Part shown: piece after piece, positions 30,590 to 41,416 of the stretch
Layout of the letters: each line of letters opens with the position of its first letter
Numbering within the stretch: the stretch's first letter is position 1
The notes under the pieces: generated by a model
Seen by the model: only the letters and a program-made list of their open reading frames with translations
Databases searched by the model: none
Told to the model about the DNA's origin: nothing
NCBI GenBank assembly: GCA_963665115.1
Contig: OY762007.1
Coordinates: 8,416,001 to 8,480,000, forward strand
Direction of reading: 5' to 3'
DNA: 64,000 nt
Origin: an uncultured Rivularia sp.
GTDB taxonomy: Bacteria > Cyanobacteriota > Cyanobacteriia > Cyanobacteriales > Nostocaceae
Made by a program: the position numbers and the translations under genes

Positions 30590-31771
30590 ATGCCTTATAA
30601 AAAGTTAGAAATCCCAGCAGAAGCACCAGTATTATCCTGGGCAAATCACGAATTAAAAGACAACGAAACTCAGATGGCGCAAAACGTCGCGTCGCTACCT
30701 TTTGTATTTAAACACGTAGCTTTGATGCCCGATGTTCATTTAGGAAAAGGCGCTTTAGTTGGCTCGGTAATTGCGACGAAAGAAGCGATAATTCCTGCTG
30801 CCGTGGGTGTTGATATTGGTTGCGGCATGAATGCAATCAAAACCCCATTTAAAGGCGATAAATTAGAAGGGAAACTAAAGAAAATTCGCCTTGATATAGA
30901 AGCAGCAATTCCTACTGGCTTCAATCAAAATAAAGATGTAGAAACATCTGTAACTAACTGGCAAAATTGGAGCGATTTTAAAGATTTACATAGTGGGGTG
31001 CAAGAGTTAGAAAGTAAAGCCATGCAACAGTTGGGTTCCCTTGGTGGTGGGAATCATTTTATCGAAGTTTGTGTGGATACAGAAAATCAAGTTTGGCTGA
31101 TGCTGCATTCTGGCTCCCGCAATATTGGCAATAAGTTGGCGCAGTATCATATTAGTACGGCGAAGGATTTAGCTAAAATGGCCGATACTAACTTGCCAGA
31201 CAAAGATTTAGCCCATTTCGTCAGCGGTACCCCCGAATTTGCTGCTTATTGGCACGATTTGCAGTGGGCGCAGGAATACGCGCGTTTCAACCGAGATGTA
31301 ATGATGGCGCGATTTAAAAAGATTGTGGAAAAGCATTTGGCAGGTGGAAAACCATTTAAGCCTTTGTTAGAAGTAAACTGTCATCATAATTATTCCGAGA
31401 AAGAAGTGCATTTTGAAGAAGATGTGTACGTCACTCGTAAAGGTGCTGTCAGAGCGCAGAAAGAAGACTACGGAATTATTCCCGGTTCGATGGGAGCAAA
31501 ATCATATATTGTTAAGGGTAAAGGTAACATTGAAAGTTTTTGTAGTTGCGCTCATGGCGCTGGCAGGTTAATGTCAAGAACTAAAGCCAAAAAAGCTTAT
31601 ACTCTAGATGATTTGATCGAGCAAACAAAAGGTGTAGAATGTCGTAAAGATGAAGGCATTTTAGATGAAATTCCCGGTGCTTATAAACCGATCGAACAAG
31701 TAATGGAAAATCAAGCGGATTTAGTAGAAGTTGTTGCAACTTTGAAACAGGTGCTTTGCGTAAAAGGGTAA
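30590..31771 (+). CDS. rtcB: RNA ligase RtcB
   Basis: MPDVHLG, VGVDIGCG, GGGNHF, HSGSR, HHN, RKGA, PGSMG, HGAGR, DEIPGAYK. Confidence 0.95.
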   Translation: MPYKKLEIPAEAPVLSWANHELKDNETQMAQNVASLPFVFKHVALMPDVHLGKGALVGSVIATKEAIIPAAVGVDIGCGMNAIKTPFKGDKLEGKLKKIRLDIEAAIPTGFNQNKDVETSVTNWQNWSDFKDLHSGVQELESKAMQQLGSLGGGNHFIEVCVDTENQVWLMLHSGSRNIGNKLAQYHISTAKDLAKMADTNLPDKDLAHFVSGTPEFAAYWHDLQWAQEYARFNRDVMMARFKKIVEKHLAGGKPFKPLLEVNCHHNYSEKEVHFEEDVYVTRKGAVRAQKEDYGIIPGSMGAKSYIVKGKGNIESFCSCAHGAGRLMSRTKAKKAYTLDDLIEQTKGVECRKDEGILDEIPGAYKPIEQVMENQADLVEVVATLKQVLCVKG

Positions 31772-31776
31772 CTAAT

Positions 31777-31955
31777 GTAGAGACGTAGCAGTGCTACGTC
31801 TCCCAGGATTTAGATTATTACAGAGAATTGAGCTATCAAAAAATATGATTGTCAGAAAATGCTAAACTAGCTATGCTTTCGTTCAGCGTTGCATTTGACA
31901 AATTGCAAAGTGATGATTTCACATTATTGGAGACGTAGCAGTGCTACGTCTCTAC
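31777..31955. repeat. REPIN-like pair of GTAG-REP palindromes
   Basis: GTAGAGACGTAGCAGTGCTACGTCTC ... GAGACGTAGCAGTGCTACGTCTCTAC. Degenerate copy at ~20110-20137. Confidence 0.85.
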
Positions 31956-32005
31956 ATAAATTTCGTATTTGCTATAAATTCAAATAGATATAATTGTAAA
32001 GTTAT

Positions 32006-33265
32006 ATGGTTTTCTTCTATAAAATATTATCAATATTACTATCTATTACATTATTAATTATTTCTTCCTTAATTTTTCCCAATCACGCATCAGCATCACC
32101 TATAAAAACTCTATACTTAGCTCAATTTCATAATTCGGTTAAATCTATGACTCCAGAAGCAACTTTAGAAAAATTATTTACCAGCGAAGATATCAAAGCA
32201 GAATGGTTTGCGTCGGAATTTTTAGCACAGGTACCTATAAATCAAATCAATGCCATAGTTAGCGGTGTTAAAAATCAACTAGGAACCTATCAAGGAGTTG
32301 AAAAAGATGGTAATGATTATGTAGTGAATTTTAGTCAAGGTTCGGTTCCAACCAAAATAGCTTTAAATAACAAAGGACAGATAACAGGATTACTGTTGCA
32401 ACCAGGCTTAAAAATTAGTAGTTTATCAGAGGCGATCGCCGAATTCAAAAAACTACCCGGTAAAGTTGGCTTTATAGTAAAAGAAAATTCTGCAATTATT
32501 GCCGATTTAAATGCGAAAACACCTTTAGCTATTGGTTCAGCTTTTAAATTAGCTGTTCTCAAAACATTAAAATTGCAAATCGCTTCCGGACAAAAATCGT
32601 GGACAGATATAGTTAGTTTACAATCGGAAGACAAAAGTTTACCATCTGGAATATTACAAACTTGGCCGGATAATTCACCCTTGACGCTGCAAACGCTGGC
32701 TAGTTTAATGATATCTCTGAGCGACAATACAGCTACAGATATTTTAATTAAACAAGTTGGAAGAGAATCTATCGAAACTAATTCATCAAATAATAATATC
32801 CCTTTTCTAACAACACGCGAACTATTTATTTTAAAAGGTTCTCAAAATCGCAAATTACTACAGCGCTATCGTCAAAGCGATGAAAAACAACGTCGCGAAA
32901 TATTAGCCGAATTAGACAATCAACCGCTTCCCGACGTACACGAATTTATTGATACTAATCCCAACGCATTAGATGTAGAATGGTTTTATAATGCCGAAGA
33001 ACTTTGCGAATTAATGCAAGAGGTTGCAGATTTATCCTTGATGAGCATTAATCCTGGAATTGCCAACCCAAAGGATTGGGAAAAAGTTGCATTTAAAGGT
33101 GGTTCCGAACCCGGTGTTCTCAATTTTACAACTTGGTTAAAGGGGAAAAATGGTAAACAATACTGTGTAGTTGCCACTTGGAATAACAGCGATGCACCAG
33201 TAGATGAAGGAAAATTTGCGGCATTGTACGGTGGGGTGATTTCTTTTTTGGCTAATAGAATTTAA
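32006..33265 (+). CDS. Exported serine hydrolase, class A beta-lactamase/PBP-like fold
   Basis: GSAFK (SxxK), SDN, KGG; signal peptide. Confidence 0.88.
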   Translation: MVFFYKILSILLSITLLIISSLIFPNHASASPIKTLYLAQFHNSVKSMTPEATLEKLFTSEDIKAEWFASEFLAQVPINQINAIVSGVKNQLGTYQGVEKDGNDYVVNFSQGSVPTKIALNNKGQITGLLLQPGLKISSLSEAIAEFKKLPGKVGFIVKENSAIIADLNAKTPLAIGSAFKLAVLKTLKLQIASGQKSWTDIVSLQSEDKSLPSGILQTWPDNSPLTLQTLASLMISLSDNTATDILIKQVGRESIETNSSNNNIPFLTTRELFILKGSQNRKLLQRYRQSDEKQRREILAELDNQPLPDVHEFIDTNPNALDVEWFYNAEELCELMQEVADLSLMSINPGIANPKDWEKVAFKGGSEPGVLNFTTWLKGKNGKQYCVVATWNNSDAPVDEGKFAALYGGVISFLANRI

Positions 33266-33294
33266 AAGCTAATCGAATCCGAAAGCGTTTTAAC

Positions 33295-33492
33295 TGATAT
33301 TTTGCATCGTTGTCAGTCAGCTTTCACAACCGCCTCGGAATCAATTCCAAGGCTAATAGCTCAAGTCTACTCAAGTAGACTGAAGAGCTTACCCAGTCGT
33401 CAAAAGAGCGACTTCGTTTATGAGCCTGGAGAGCAGCGCGTTGCGGGGGTTTCCCCCCGTTGTAGCGACTGCGGAGAATTTATTCCAAGGCG
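33295..33492. repeat. Dispersed palindromic repeat with a nested 40-bp insertion
   Basis: Homologous to 16061-16150. The insert at 33433-33472 is flanked by duplicated GGAGA. Confidence 0.75.
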
Positions 33493-33731
33493 TTAACGGT
33501 TATGAGTTACAAGTTGCGACTGATAACTGTATTTCGCAACTTCTTCCCTTGGATATAAACCCATACGATTGATGAAGGAAGGGGGTTTTCGGGATGAATT
33601 AACAGAAAATCGGCATCGTATCCGGGAGCGATTGTACCTTTTTTTTTCGAGTCCGATTGCTGCTGCTGGACGACTTGATACCAATTCCCAGGCTTTTCTA
33701 AAGACATTAAACCTTTGGAATGTAGATTCAA
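33493..33731 (-). pseudogene. Frameshifted 3' remnant of a PhnM-like amidohydrolase
   Basis: Joining frames gives LMSLEKAWELVSSRPAAAIGLEKKGTIAPGYDADFLLI. Confidence 0.7.
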
Positions 33732-33750
33732 AATTGGAAACTGTTCGCTC

Positions 33751-34620
33751 TTAAGCTTTAACCTGTAATAATTGTTCGCGCAAACTTAAAGGTGCATAGC
33801 CTAATTCAAAAGCTTTGGAGCTATCGAGAGAAACATCACTAGCCCTTGGTGCTGCCATTTTGACATCTTTTTGCTGGCTAGCTTCAATTTTAGCGCCGGG
33901 AATTGCAAATATTTCTACTAATAAAGCACCAAAATCATAACGGGAAATTCTTTCTGTTCCACCAAGATGAATAATTCCTTGCACCTTCTCTAAAGCTAAC
34001 AATAATCCCTCAGCAGCAGTTTTTCCATTTACCGGAGTACGAAATTCATCTACAAATAACTTTAATTCTTTTCCTTCTTGAAGCGTTTTGAGAAATGATT
34101 GTAAAAAACTAGTCGCTGTAGGAGTCGCATCACCAAACATTAAAGGCATTCGGCAAATTGCAGCTTGCGGATAACATTCCAACATCCCAACTTCCGCCAT
34201 AACCTTATGCTCGCCGTAAATATTCACCGGATTTACGCTATCTGTTTCTTTATAAAAACCCTTCACACCATCAAACACCAAATCCGTTGAAGTGAAAACG
34301 CACTTGATTGAATTATCAGCACACAATCCCGCAATATTCAAAGATGCCGTAACATTAATTGAGCGCGATTCTTCTTGATGAGTTTGACAATAATTGGGTT
34401 GAGATAATGCTGCGGAATGGATAACTGCTGATGGTTGAATTTCTTCAAATACCCTTTTAAGTTCCGCGAAATCGGTTAAATCAACTTTCACCAACTTGCT
34501 TCCTGGAATTTCTAAGCTGTGAGAAAAATAGGTTCCATATACATCCCATTCCTTTTTTGCTAATTCACATAAATGCCATCCTAGAAACCCGCTTGCGCCG
34601 GTAATTAAAAGCTTTTGCAT
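33751..34620 (-). CDS. NAD(P)-dependent oxidoreductase, dTDP-4-dehydrorhamnose reductase-like
   Basis: LITGASGFLG, STDLVFDG, YGEHK, DEFRTP. Confidence 0.9.
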   Translation of the reverse strand: MQKLLITGASGFLGWHLCELAKKEWDVYGTYFSHSLEIPGSKLVKVDLTDFAELKRVFEEIQPSAVIHSAALSQPNYCQTHQEESRSINVTASLNIAGLCADNSIKCVFTSTDLVFDGVKGFYKETDSVNPVNIYGEHKVMAEVGMLECYPQAAICRMPLMFGDATPTATSFLQSFLKTLQEGKELKLFVDEFRTPVNGKTAAEGLLLALEKVQGIIHLGGTERISRYDFGALLVEIFAIPGAKIEASQQKDVKMAAPRASDVSLDSSKAFELGYAPLSLREQLLQVKA

Positions 34621-34718
34621 AATCAATTATCAATTATCAATCATCAATTAAGTTAGTAGCGTGTCATAACCCAACGTTACCATTATAGATACATCAAAAT
34701 ATTGTTCGTTGTTAACTG

Positions 34719-35300
34719 TTAACTGTTAACTGCTAACTGCTCAAATTCAACATCTTCGTAAATTTCCGCCATCGTAATTTCAATGTTAACTGAGTGTAAT
34801 TTCAAGATACTGTCTTGAGTTAAAGTTTCCAACAGCCAGTTATTTTGATAAACTTTGCGATAAACCTCTACTTTTGCTTCTGATTGATGAACTAAAATAT
34901 ACTCTTGTAAACTGGGTATTTGTCGATAATTAAATAATTTTTCATTACGATCTATACGCTCTGTTGTTGGTGAAATAACTTCCGCAATCAAACAAGGATG
35001 AGACTTGAAATATATTTCTCTATCTTGAGAGTCTTTAACAACCGATACTTCTGGATAATAAAAAGCATTCATAGATTCAATTCGTACTTTCATATCAGAT
35101 GAAAAAACCTGACAATCAGTACCGTACAGTTGGGTACGCAATCTTGCAAATAGATTTTCAGCAATGAACTTTAAATTATGAGAATCTCCCAGTACCGGAT
35201 AAATCTGTCCTGCAATATATTCGTAACGAACTAGACTTTCTAAATCGAATTGCAAATATTCATCAATAGTTGAATCAACATATTTAGGTTGAGAATACAT
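34719..35300 (-). CDS. Uma2-family restriction-like endonuclease
   Basis: RYEYIAG, YYPEV, AEVISPTT, RIDRNEK, SLQEYILV. Likely start MYSQ. Confidence 0.88.
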   Translation of the reverse strand: MYSQPKYVDSTIDEYLQFDLESLVRYEYIAGQIYPVLGDSHNLKFIAENLFARLRTQLYGTDCQVFSSDMKVRIESMNAFYYPEVSVVKDSQDREIYFKSHPCLIAEVISPTTERIDRNEKLFNYRQIPSLQEYILVHQSEAKVEVYRKVYQNNWLLETLTQDSILKLHSVNIEITMAEIYEDVEFEQLAVNS

Positions 35301-35429
35301 GGTTATGAAAAGTACGGTAATATCACTTATCATACCGATAAATAAAAATAATTTAATGTCTATTTTATTCAAAAATATTAACTATCTTTTTATCTTTTTA
35401 TCTTTTTTTATACATAGGGGAAAATTGGG

Positions 35430-35545
35430 AGATGGGGGGACAAGGGGACAAGGGGACAAGGAGAAATTAACTCGTTACTCCCTAATTACCAATTCCCAAT
35501 CCCCAATCCCCTATGCCCAATCCCCAATCCCCAATCCCCAATCCC
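35430..35545. repeat. STRR-type short tandem repeats
   Basis: GGGGACAA octamers and CCCCAAT heptamers. Confidence 0.85.
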
Positions 35546-36283
35546 CTAATTAAGCAATTCTTGAAATTCTTGGGTATTGCGTACTTTAGCAAAATCTGGA
35601 TCGGTTTTTGCTAATTTTTCGTATTTACCTGGAATTAGTTTCATTGCTTTTTGCAGATTGCTAATTGCTGAATCAGTATTTTTTTGCAAAGCATAGGTGC
35701 AGGCTTTGTTGTAATATGCTTGATGTTTGTCGGGTTTAATTGCAATAGCTTTGTCGTAGGATGCTAAAGCTCGCTCGTATTGCTGCAATTGAGTTAAGGC
35801 AATGCCTCTATTAATCCAAGCTTCGTACTTGTCGGGTTTGATTGCAATGGCTTTGTCGTAAGATTTTTCAGCTTCTTGGTAGAGACGCATCGCTGATAAA
35901 GCATTTCCTCGGTTGTACCATGCTTCATCTCTGTTTGGATCGATGGCGATCGCCCTATCGTAGGAGCCTAAAGCTTGCCCGTATCGCTGCAAACTAGAAT
36001 AAGCATTTCCCCTGTTAATCCAAGCTTCAACGTTATCGGGTACAGCCATCACAACTCTGTCGTATATGGCGATCGCCTCTTGATAGCGATTCGCTTCTAA
36101 GAATTTATTTCCTTGAGCAAAAAGTTCTTCTGTCTGCTTAACAGAGTCTTGTTTAGACAACCGAGCGTTGGTTTCTTGCACAACTTTGTTGTCACCCTGT
36201 CTCGTTGATTCTGCTAAATCGCTACAACCAATTATCAAGAATGCAGTTAAGCCAGAGGCAACAAAACGGCTACAAAATGCCAT
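35546..36283 (-). CDS. TPR-repeat lipoprotein
   Basis: Lipobox IIGC; repeats of EAWxNRG...YDKAIAIKPD. Confidence 0.9.
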   Translation of the reverse strand: MAFCSRFVASGLTAFLIIGCSDLAESTRQGDNKVVQETNARLSKQDSVKQTEELFAQGNKFLEANRYQEAIAIYDRVVMAVPDNVEAWINRGNAYSSLQRYGQALGSYDRAIAIDPNRDEAWYNRGNALSAMRLYQEAEKSYDKAIAIKPDKYEAWINRGIALTQLQQYERALASYDKAIAIKPDKHQAYYNKACTYALQKNTDSAISNLQKAMKLIPGKYEKLAKTDPDFAKVRNTQEFQELLN

Positions 36284-37011
36284 ATCGTATCCATAGAAAA
36301 CATAAAAATTATCCTAAATCTTTTTCTTGTCTTTAACAAGTATCTAGCAAAACTTATTAATTATTTAATTTGTTCTTTTTATAGTAAAATAATTTTCGTT
36401 AAATGCTTTTATCTTTTAAATAAAAAGCAAATCTTATCATATATAAGGTACTACAACACATTTTTGATAATTTTTTTGATTAATTATTTCATTAAAATTT
36501 ATACAGACTTACACTTTTCTGATTTATGCAGAGCTTCTTATATAAAAGGTTTGAGGGATTTAAACTCTAATAGTTTAACTATTTCTTTAGTTTCTTAAGT
36601 CATATAGATATAACCCGCAAACAGGTTGAGAGTATCTATTAAATAGTTAACAAAAATTGTATTGTAACAACATACACATACGATCAACTATTAATTAAAC
36701 TAGGTTGAAATCCGAATAAATATAACAAAGTAGCTTTAATTTATACACGATTTATTTTGTTTGTCAAATTGGAAATAGACCCTGACAATAATTAACACGC
36801 CTTTTTGAATGATTTTAAATTACTAGTAAGTAAACAGTAATACTTCTAAATATACAATTATCAAAGTTGGAACATTGAAAAATATTTGATATAAATGTTA
36901 AAAATAGTACCGTTACCTGTTGATCGTAAAACAGAAAGATAACTCCTGAATTCTCAAAACTTTTCCTATGCACAACGCGCCATTTAGTACTGCTGATGCC
37001 AAAATATAATC

Positions 37012-38340
37012 ATGTCAATTGAATCCAACTCCCACTCATCACAGTCTCGGGGCCAGCAACCCGCATCCGACGACAAATGGCAACCGGATGAATTTGAGAG
37101 TCTAACAAGTACAGACCAGTTACCCAGCGGGCTTACCGCTCAACAAGTAAACTCAGCTATAGCTTCGGTGCAGTCGCAACAAAACACGGCTGCCCTACAG
37201 CAAGCACGTTCCACATTTTCTGATGACAGTTCCACAGAACTGCAAGTAACGCCGCAAGCATTATTAATAACCTTATTTACAACTTTAGTAACGGTAGTTG
37301 GAATAGCCATAAATCAACCAGTAATTGGCATTACAGGAACCGTATTCACTTTAATATTATCAGTAATAATACTATTACCGTGGTTCCGAACTGTTGTTAT
37401 CGAGATGCTGACACCCAAACAGCGAGCGTTAATAATTGCTTTTCTGGGTATAACCGTCGCAGTCGCAGGCTTAGTCAAATTTATTCCTGGCCCAATCGAC
37501 TGGGATGTTTCGGGAACTTTAGCTGATTGGTTTGGAGCTTTAGGACAAATTCTTATAGCCATTGTTGCGGTTTATGTTGCTTGGCGACAGTATGTCATCT
37601 CCAAAGATTTAACAATTCAGCAAAATTTACTTACAATTCAGCAAAATAATATTACCCAGCAGCAGACAATCGATACATATTTTCAAGGCATTTCTGATTT
37701 AGTATTAGACGAAGAAGGATTATTAGAAGATTGGCCTCAAGAAAGATTGCTAGCAGAAGGGCGTACCGCTTCAATTTTGAGCAGCGTTGACTCAGTTGGT
37801 AAAGCTAAAATTATCCGCTTCTTATCTCGTTCCAAATTATTGACACCACTAAAGCGCGACGCACATCTAGGTAGAGCAATTCTTGACGGTAGCGGGGGAT
37901 ATGCAGTTGACTTACTTGCAGGAGTGCGCGTAATTGACTTAGGAGTAATGCTAGCAGGTGCGAACCTTGCCAACACGGATTTGCGGTGGACAGATTTGAG
38001 TGAAGCCAACCTAGTACGCGCTAACTTGAATAACTGTGACTTAGTAAAAGCCAACCTTTGCCGCACCATATTATATGAAGCTAATTTATCAGCAGCCGAC
38101 TTAAACGCAACCAAAATATTTTACGGCTCCTTAGAAAAAGCATCACCCCGCAGTCGTTTATATCCACCCGATTATAGAACCGGAGAGCGCACCGGAGCAG
38201 TAGTAGAAAAAGCTAATTTTACCAACGTCAAAAGGATGTCCCCAGCCAACCGACATTATTGTTGCAATTGGTGCGGCGAAGAAAGTAGAAAAACAATTCC
38301 CGGTGGTTGTGAAGGAATTGAAAATAAATTGGGGAGGTGA
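37012..38340 (+). CDS. Membrane-bound pentapeptide-repeat protein
   Basis: Several TM helices, LLEDWPQER, A(N/D)Lxx pentapeptides, Cys-rich tail. Confidence 0.88.
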   Translation: MSIESNSHSSQSRGQQPASDDKWQPDEFESLTSTDQLPSGLTAQQVNSAIASVQSQQNTAALQQARSTFSDDSSTELQVTPQALLITLFTTLVTVVGIAINQPVIGITGTVFTLILSVIILLPWFRTVVIEMLTPKQRALIIAFLGITVAVAGLVKFIPGPIDWDVSGTLADWFGALGQILIAIVAVYVAWRQYVISKDLTIQQNLLTIQQNNITQQQTIDTYFQGISDLVLDEEGLLEDWPQERLLAEGRTASILSSVDSVGKAKIIRFLSRSKLLTPLKRDAHLGRAILDGSGGYAVDLLAGVRVIDLGVMLAGANLANTDLRWTDLSEANLVRANLNNCDLVKANLCRTILYEANLSAADLNATKIFYGSLEKASPRSRLYPPDYRTGERTGAVVEKANFTNVKRMSPANRHYCCNWCGEESRKTIPGGCEGIENKLGR

Positions 38341-38344
38341 TTTG

Positions 38345-38416
38345 ATTGGTAATTGGTAATTGGTAATTGGTAATTGGTAATTGATAATTGATAATTGGTA
38401 ATTGGTAATTGGTAAT
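38345..38416. repeat. STRR heptamer array
   Basis: About 10 copies of ATTG(G/A)TA. Confidence 0.9.
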
Positions 38417-39027
38417 TTGTAGGTTGGGTGAAACGGAGTGGAACCCAACATTATCTCGAAAGCTAAACCAAAATATTGAATACCTAATAGCCCGCTTTAG
38501 CCGCGCATTTTCCATCTTTGTTCAAAATGAATATCGCAACCTTTCAAAAACCTAATTCAAAAAGCAGTCTTGAATCAGTTGTGAGTATCATTAGTGAAGA
38601 TTTAAGCTACTGCGATAGTCGAAGTATTGATATTGTTTGCTTTCCTGAATGCTATTTAACTGGTTATTACCTAAAAAAGGAAGATATCGAGCAAAATGCT
38701 ATTTCACTTAAAAGTTCTCAGTTTCTTTCACTTCTACAAACTTGGTCAGATTCCAAAGTAACCTTTATTCTTGGATTAATTGAGAAAAATACGAGAGGTT
38801 ACTTCAATTCTGCTGCTGTCATATCTCAGGGTAAATTATTAGGCTGTTACCGCAAAACATACCCTAATGGAAAATACTTTCTGGCTGGTGAGAGTTATCC
38901 TGTGTTTATAAGGGGTACAACTTTTGGTATTAACATTTGCAATGATGCAAATTATCCATATGCGGCTAATCAGTATCCGCTCAAAAAAATGGGGTAAAGG
39001 TACACCTTGCGTCGTAGAATATGAAGC

Positions 39028-40716
39028 ATGACGCAAAAACGATCATCTAAAAAATTAGTCACAGCATTATTGCAATCAATCGACCCAAAACAGATTGCAG
39101 ACGAGGACGTGCGTCAAACGGTAGAAGTATTACTCAACTTAATAGAACAGCTAAATGTAAAAATCAAAGAATTAGAAGAAGAAAATCAAAAACTACGTGA
39201 TGAAAACAACCGCTTAAAAGGTGAACAAGGTAAACCAGACATCAAAGCGAATAAAAACAAAGGGTTTAAGAAAAACTATTCATCAGAAAAAGAACGAAAA
39301 ATAGCAAAAGAACACAGTAAAGCAAGTAAAAACGAGTCTATCAAGATAAACCGAGAAGAGATTGTAGTTTACCCACAAGAACAATTACCAGCAGACGCAC
39401 AGTTCAAGGGTTATGAGGAAGTAGTAGTCCAAGACATTTTACTTAAGCCAGATAACATACTGTTCCGCAAGCAAAAATACTACTCACCAGAAACAGGAAA
39501 AACTTATTTAGCGGAACTACCAACAGGTTACGAAGGTGAATTTGGTCCAGGAGTAAAAGCTTTGGTCATGAGTCTATATTATGGTGGAAACATGACCCAA
39601 GGGAAGTTATTAGAATTTTTAGAAGATATTGGTATCTCGATTAGTGCAGGAACAATATCAAATTTATTAATTAAAAACCAAGAATATTTTGAAGCTGAAT
39701 ACGAAGAAGTATACAAGGAAGGGTTAGCCAGCAGTCCTTGGCAACACTTTGACCAAACAGGTGCGCGTGTTGCAGGAGTGAACCATACAACAAATGTGAT
39801 TTGTAACCCCTTGTACACAATTTACCAAACAACGCGATACAAAGACCGTTTGACTGTATTAAAAGTATTTCAAAACACAACCGAACTCTCCTTTGTTCTC
39901 AACGAGATGACCTATGAACTTTTGGAGACTTTTAAAGTTCCAATTAAGTGGGTTAATAAACTAAAATTACTATCTCAACAGAAGGCTTTTACCGAAACTG
40001 AGTTTAATTTTTTGATTGGTGAGTACTTAAGTAGACTTGGTTCTCAACACCGTTCTCGCATATATGAATCGGCAGCAATTGCTTTTTATCATCAGCAATC
40101 AACTGTACCAGTAATTACAACTCTAGTATGCGATGATGCTCCGCAGTTCAAGTTAATAACATCGGATTTGGCTCTTTGTTGGGTGCATGAAGGACGACAT
40201 TATAAGAAATTAAGTCCGCTTATACCTTGCCATCAAAAACTTTTAGATAATTTTCTAGAAAGATTCTGGGAATATTACAGAAAATTATTATCTTATCGAG
40301 ATTCTCCAAGTTGGGATAAAGCTCACGAACTAGAAATGGAATTTTGGACACTTTTTACAGAAAAAAGTGGTTATCAACAGTTAGATGAGCGAAAACGATT
40401 AACTACTTTGAAAGTAAACGAGTTGCTTCTCGTGTTGGAGCATCCAGAATTACTATTGCATAACAACCCTGCCGAATTAGCTGCTAGGACTATGGTACAA
40501 CGACGTAACATCAGTTACGCAACCCAGACAAAACAAGGCACAAAAGCGTGGGATGTTTTTATGTCCCTTGTTGACACTACTCGTAAGTTGGGTATCAGTT
40601 TTTATGAGTATATGCGTGACCGCATTTCTCAAGTTGAAAATATTCCATCTTTGGGGACAATTATTCGGAAGAAATCTTCTTCTAATTCCTATGGTTGGTC
40701 ATGGATGCCTCAATAA
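39028..40716 (+). CDS. IS66-family DDE transposase
   Basis: N-terminal coiled coil, HFDQTG, LVCDD, LCWVH, HNNPAELAAR. Confidence 0.92.
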   Translation: MTQKRSSKKLVTALLQSIDPKQIADEDVRQTVEVLLNLIEQLNVKIKELEEENQKLRDENNRLKGEQGKPDIKANKNKGFKKNYSSEKERKIAKEHSKASKNESIKINREEIVVYPQEQLPADAQFKGYEEVVVQDILLKPDNILFRKQKYYSPETGKTYLAELPTGYEGEFGPGVKALVMSLYYGGNMTQGKLLEFLEDIGISISAGTISNLLIKNQEYFEAEYEEVYKEGLASSPWQHFDQTGARVAGVNHTTNVICNPLYTIYQTTRYKDRLTVLKVFQNTTELSFVLNEMTYELLETFKVPIKWVNKLKLLSQQKAFTETEFNFLIGEYLSRLGSQHRSRIYESAAIAFYHQQSTVPVITTLVCDDAPQFKLITSDLALCWVHEGRHYKKLSPLIPCHQKLLDNFLERFWEYYRKLLSYRDSPSWDKAHELEMEFWTLFTEKSGYQQLDERKRLTTLKVNELLLVLEHPELLLHNNPAELAARTMVQRRNISYATQTKQGTKAWDVFMSLVDTTRKLGISFYEYMRDRISQVENIPSLGTIIRKKSSSNSYGWSWMPQ

Positions 40717-40944
40717 CACCCCTGTATATTAAGACTGTGCTAAACCCTCATATCCTTGGTTGTAGAATACTGTAAAGTGCATGGATTAACCACATCTATT
40801 TCTTCATAGTTTTTATAAGCGATTGAAACTTTTTTAGTTACTTTGATAGCATATTTACAATTTACCTTATTTGCAACTTCCGCTATTAATCAATTTCTTG
40901 ATTTTGATTATTTTTATTTATTTGTTGCTCTCACGAGAGATCCA

Positions 40945-41088
40945 GCAACTGGGGAAGATTTGGCGGCGACAGCGGAGTGCCAGGTGGGGGCACGATTATT
41001 TTCTGTGCCTATGTAAAATCTATCTGCCCCTACCTGGTACCGTCAAATCAGCGTAGCGGTTCCCCAGTTGCGCCGCTGCTTTTTTTTA
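40945..41088 (+). ncRNA. Candidate structured RNA in the IS 3' non-coding region
   Basis: Three nested stems whose only non-Watson-Crick pairs are G-U on the + strand, followed by a T-run. Confidence 0.5.
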
Positions 41089-41416
41089 TCGTAGTTGACA
41101 TTCAAGACAGCCGATACCCCGAAATTTTGAGGGGATACGCTAATCAGTTAGCAAAGCAAGGTGCAAAGATACTGTTTTACCCACTTAACAACTTTCTTCC
41201 CAAAAATATAGCGGACAAGTGGCGCTTAAAGAGTCCTGATAATTTACAAAAGCGTGCCCAAGAAAATGGGTGCTGGGTTGTTTCGTCAGATGTTGTAGGA
41301 AGTGAAAGGGAGCGAATGAGCTACGGTTGTACACAAATCGTTTCACCGCTAGGGAAAGTTGTTGCTTTTGTACCAGAACTAAAGCAAGGTTTTGTATGTG
41401 CTAGTTTGTATAGTTT

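Larger units (their letters stand above)
38973..41138 (+). mobile_element. Complete IS66-family element (single ORF), 2166 bp
   Basis: 24-bp IRs GTATCCGCTCAAAAAAATGGGGTA and GTATCCCCTCAAAATTTCGGGGTA (19/24 identical). 8-bp TSD GCTAATCA at 38965-38972 and 41139-41146. Confidence 0.93.

Noticed and set aside
32006..33265. Antibiotic-resistance beta-lactamase
   Set aside because: The fold motifs fit a PBP-like serine hydrolase; the class A omega-loop ExxLN motif is not evident.
36664..36677. NtcA site GTAACAACATACAC
   Set aside because: Imperfect (CAC) in very AT-rich DNA, with no convincing -10 at 22 nt.
38158..38515. ORFs with ITNYQLP repeats (similar ones at 35299-35553 and 61683-61923)
   Set aside because: Translations of STRR heptamer arrays.
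40871..41138. Accessory IS66 ORFs (tnpA/tnpB-like)
   Set aside because: No IS66 accessory motifs. ORF 40977-41420 is IS end sequence fused to the nitrilase 3' half.
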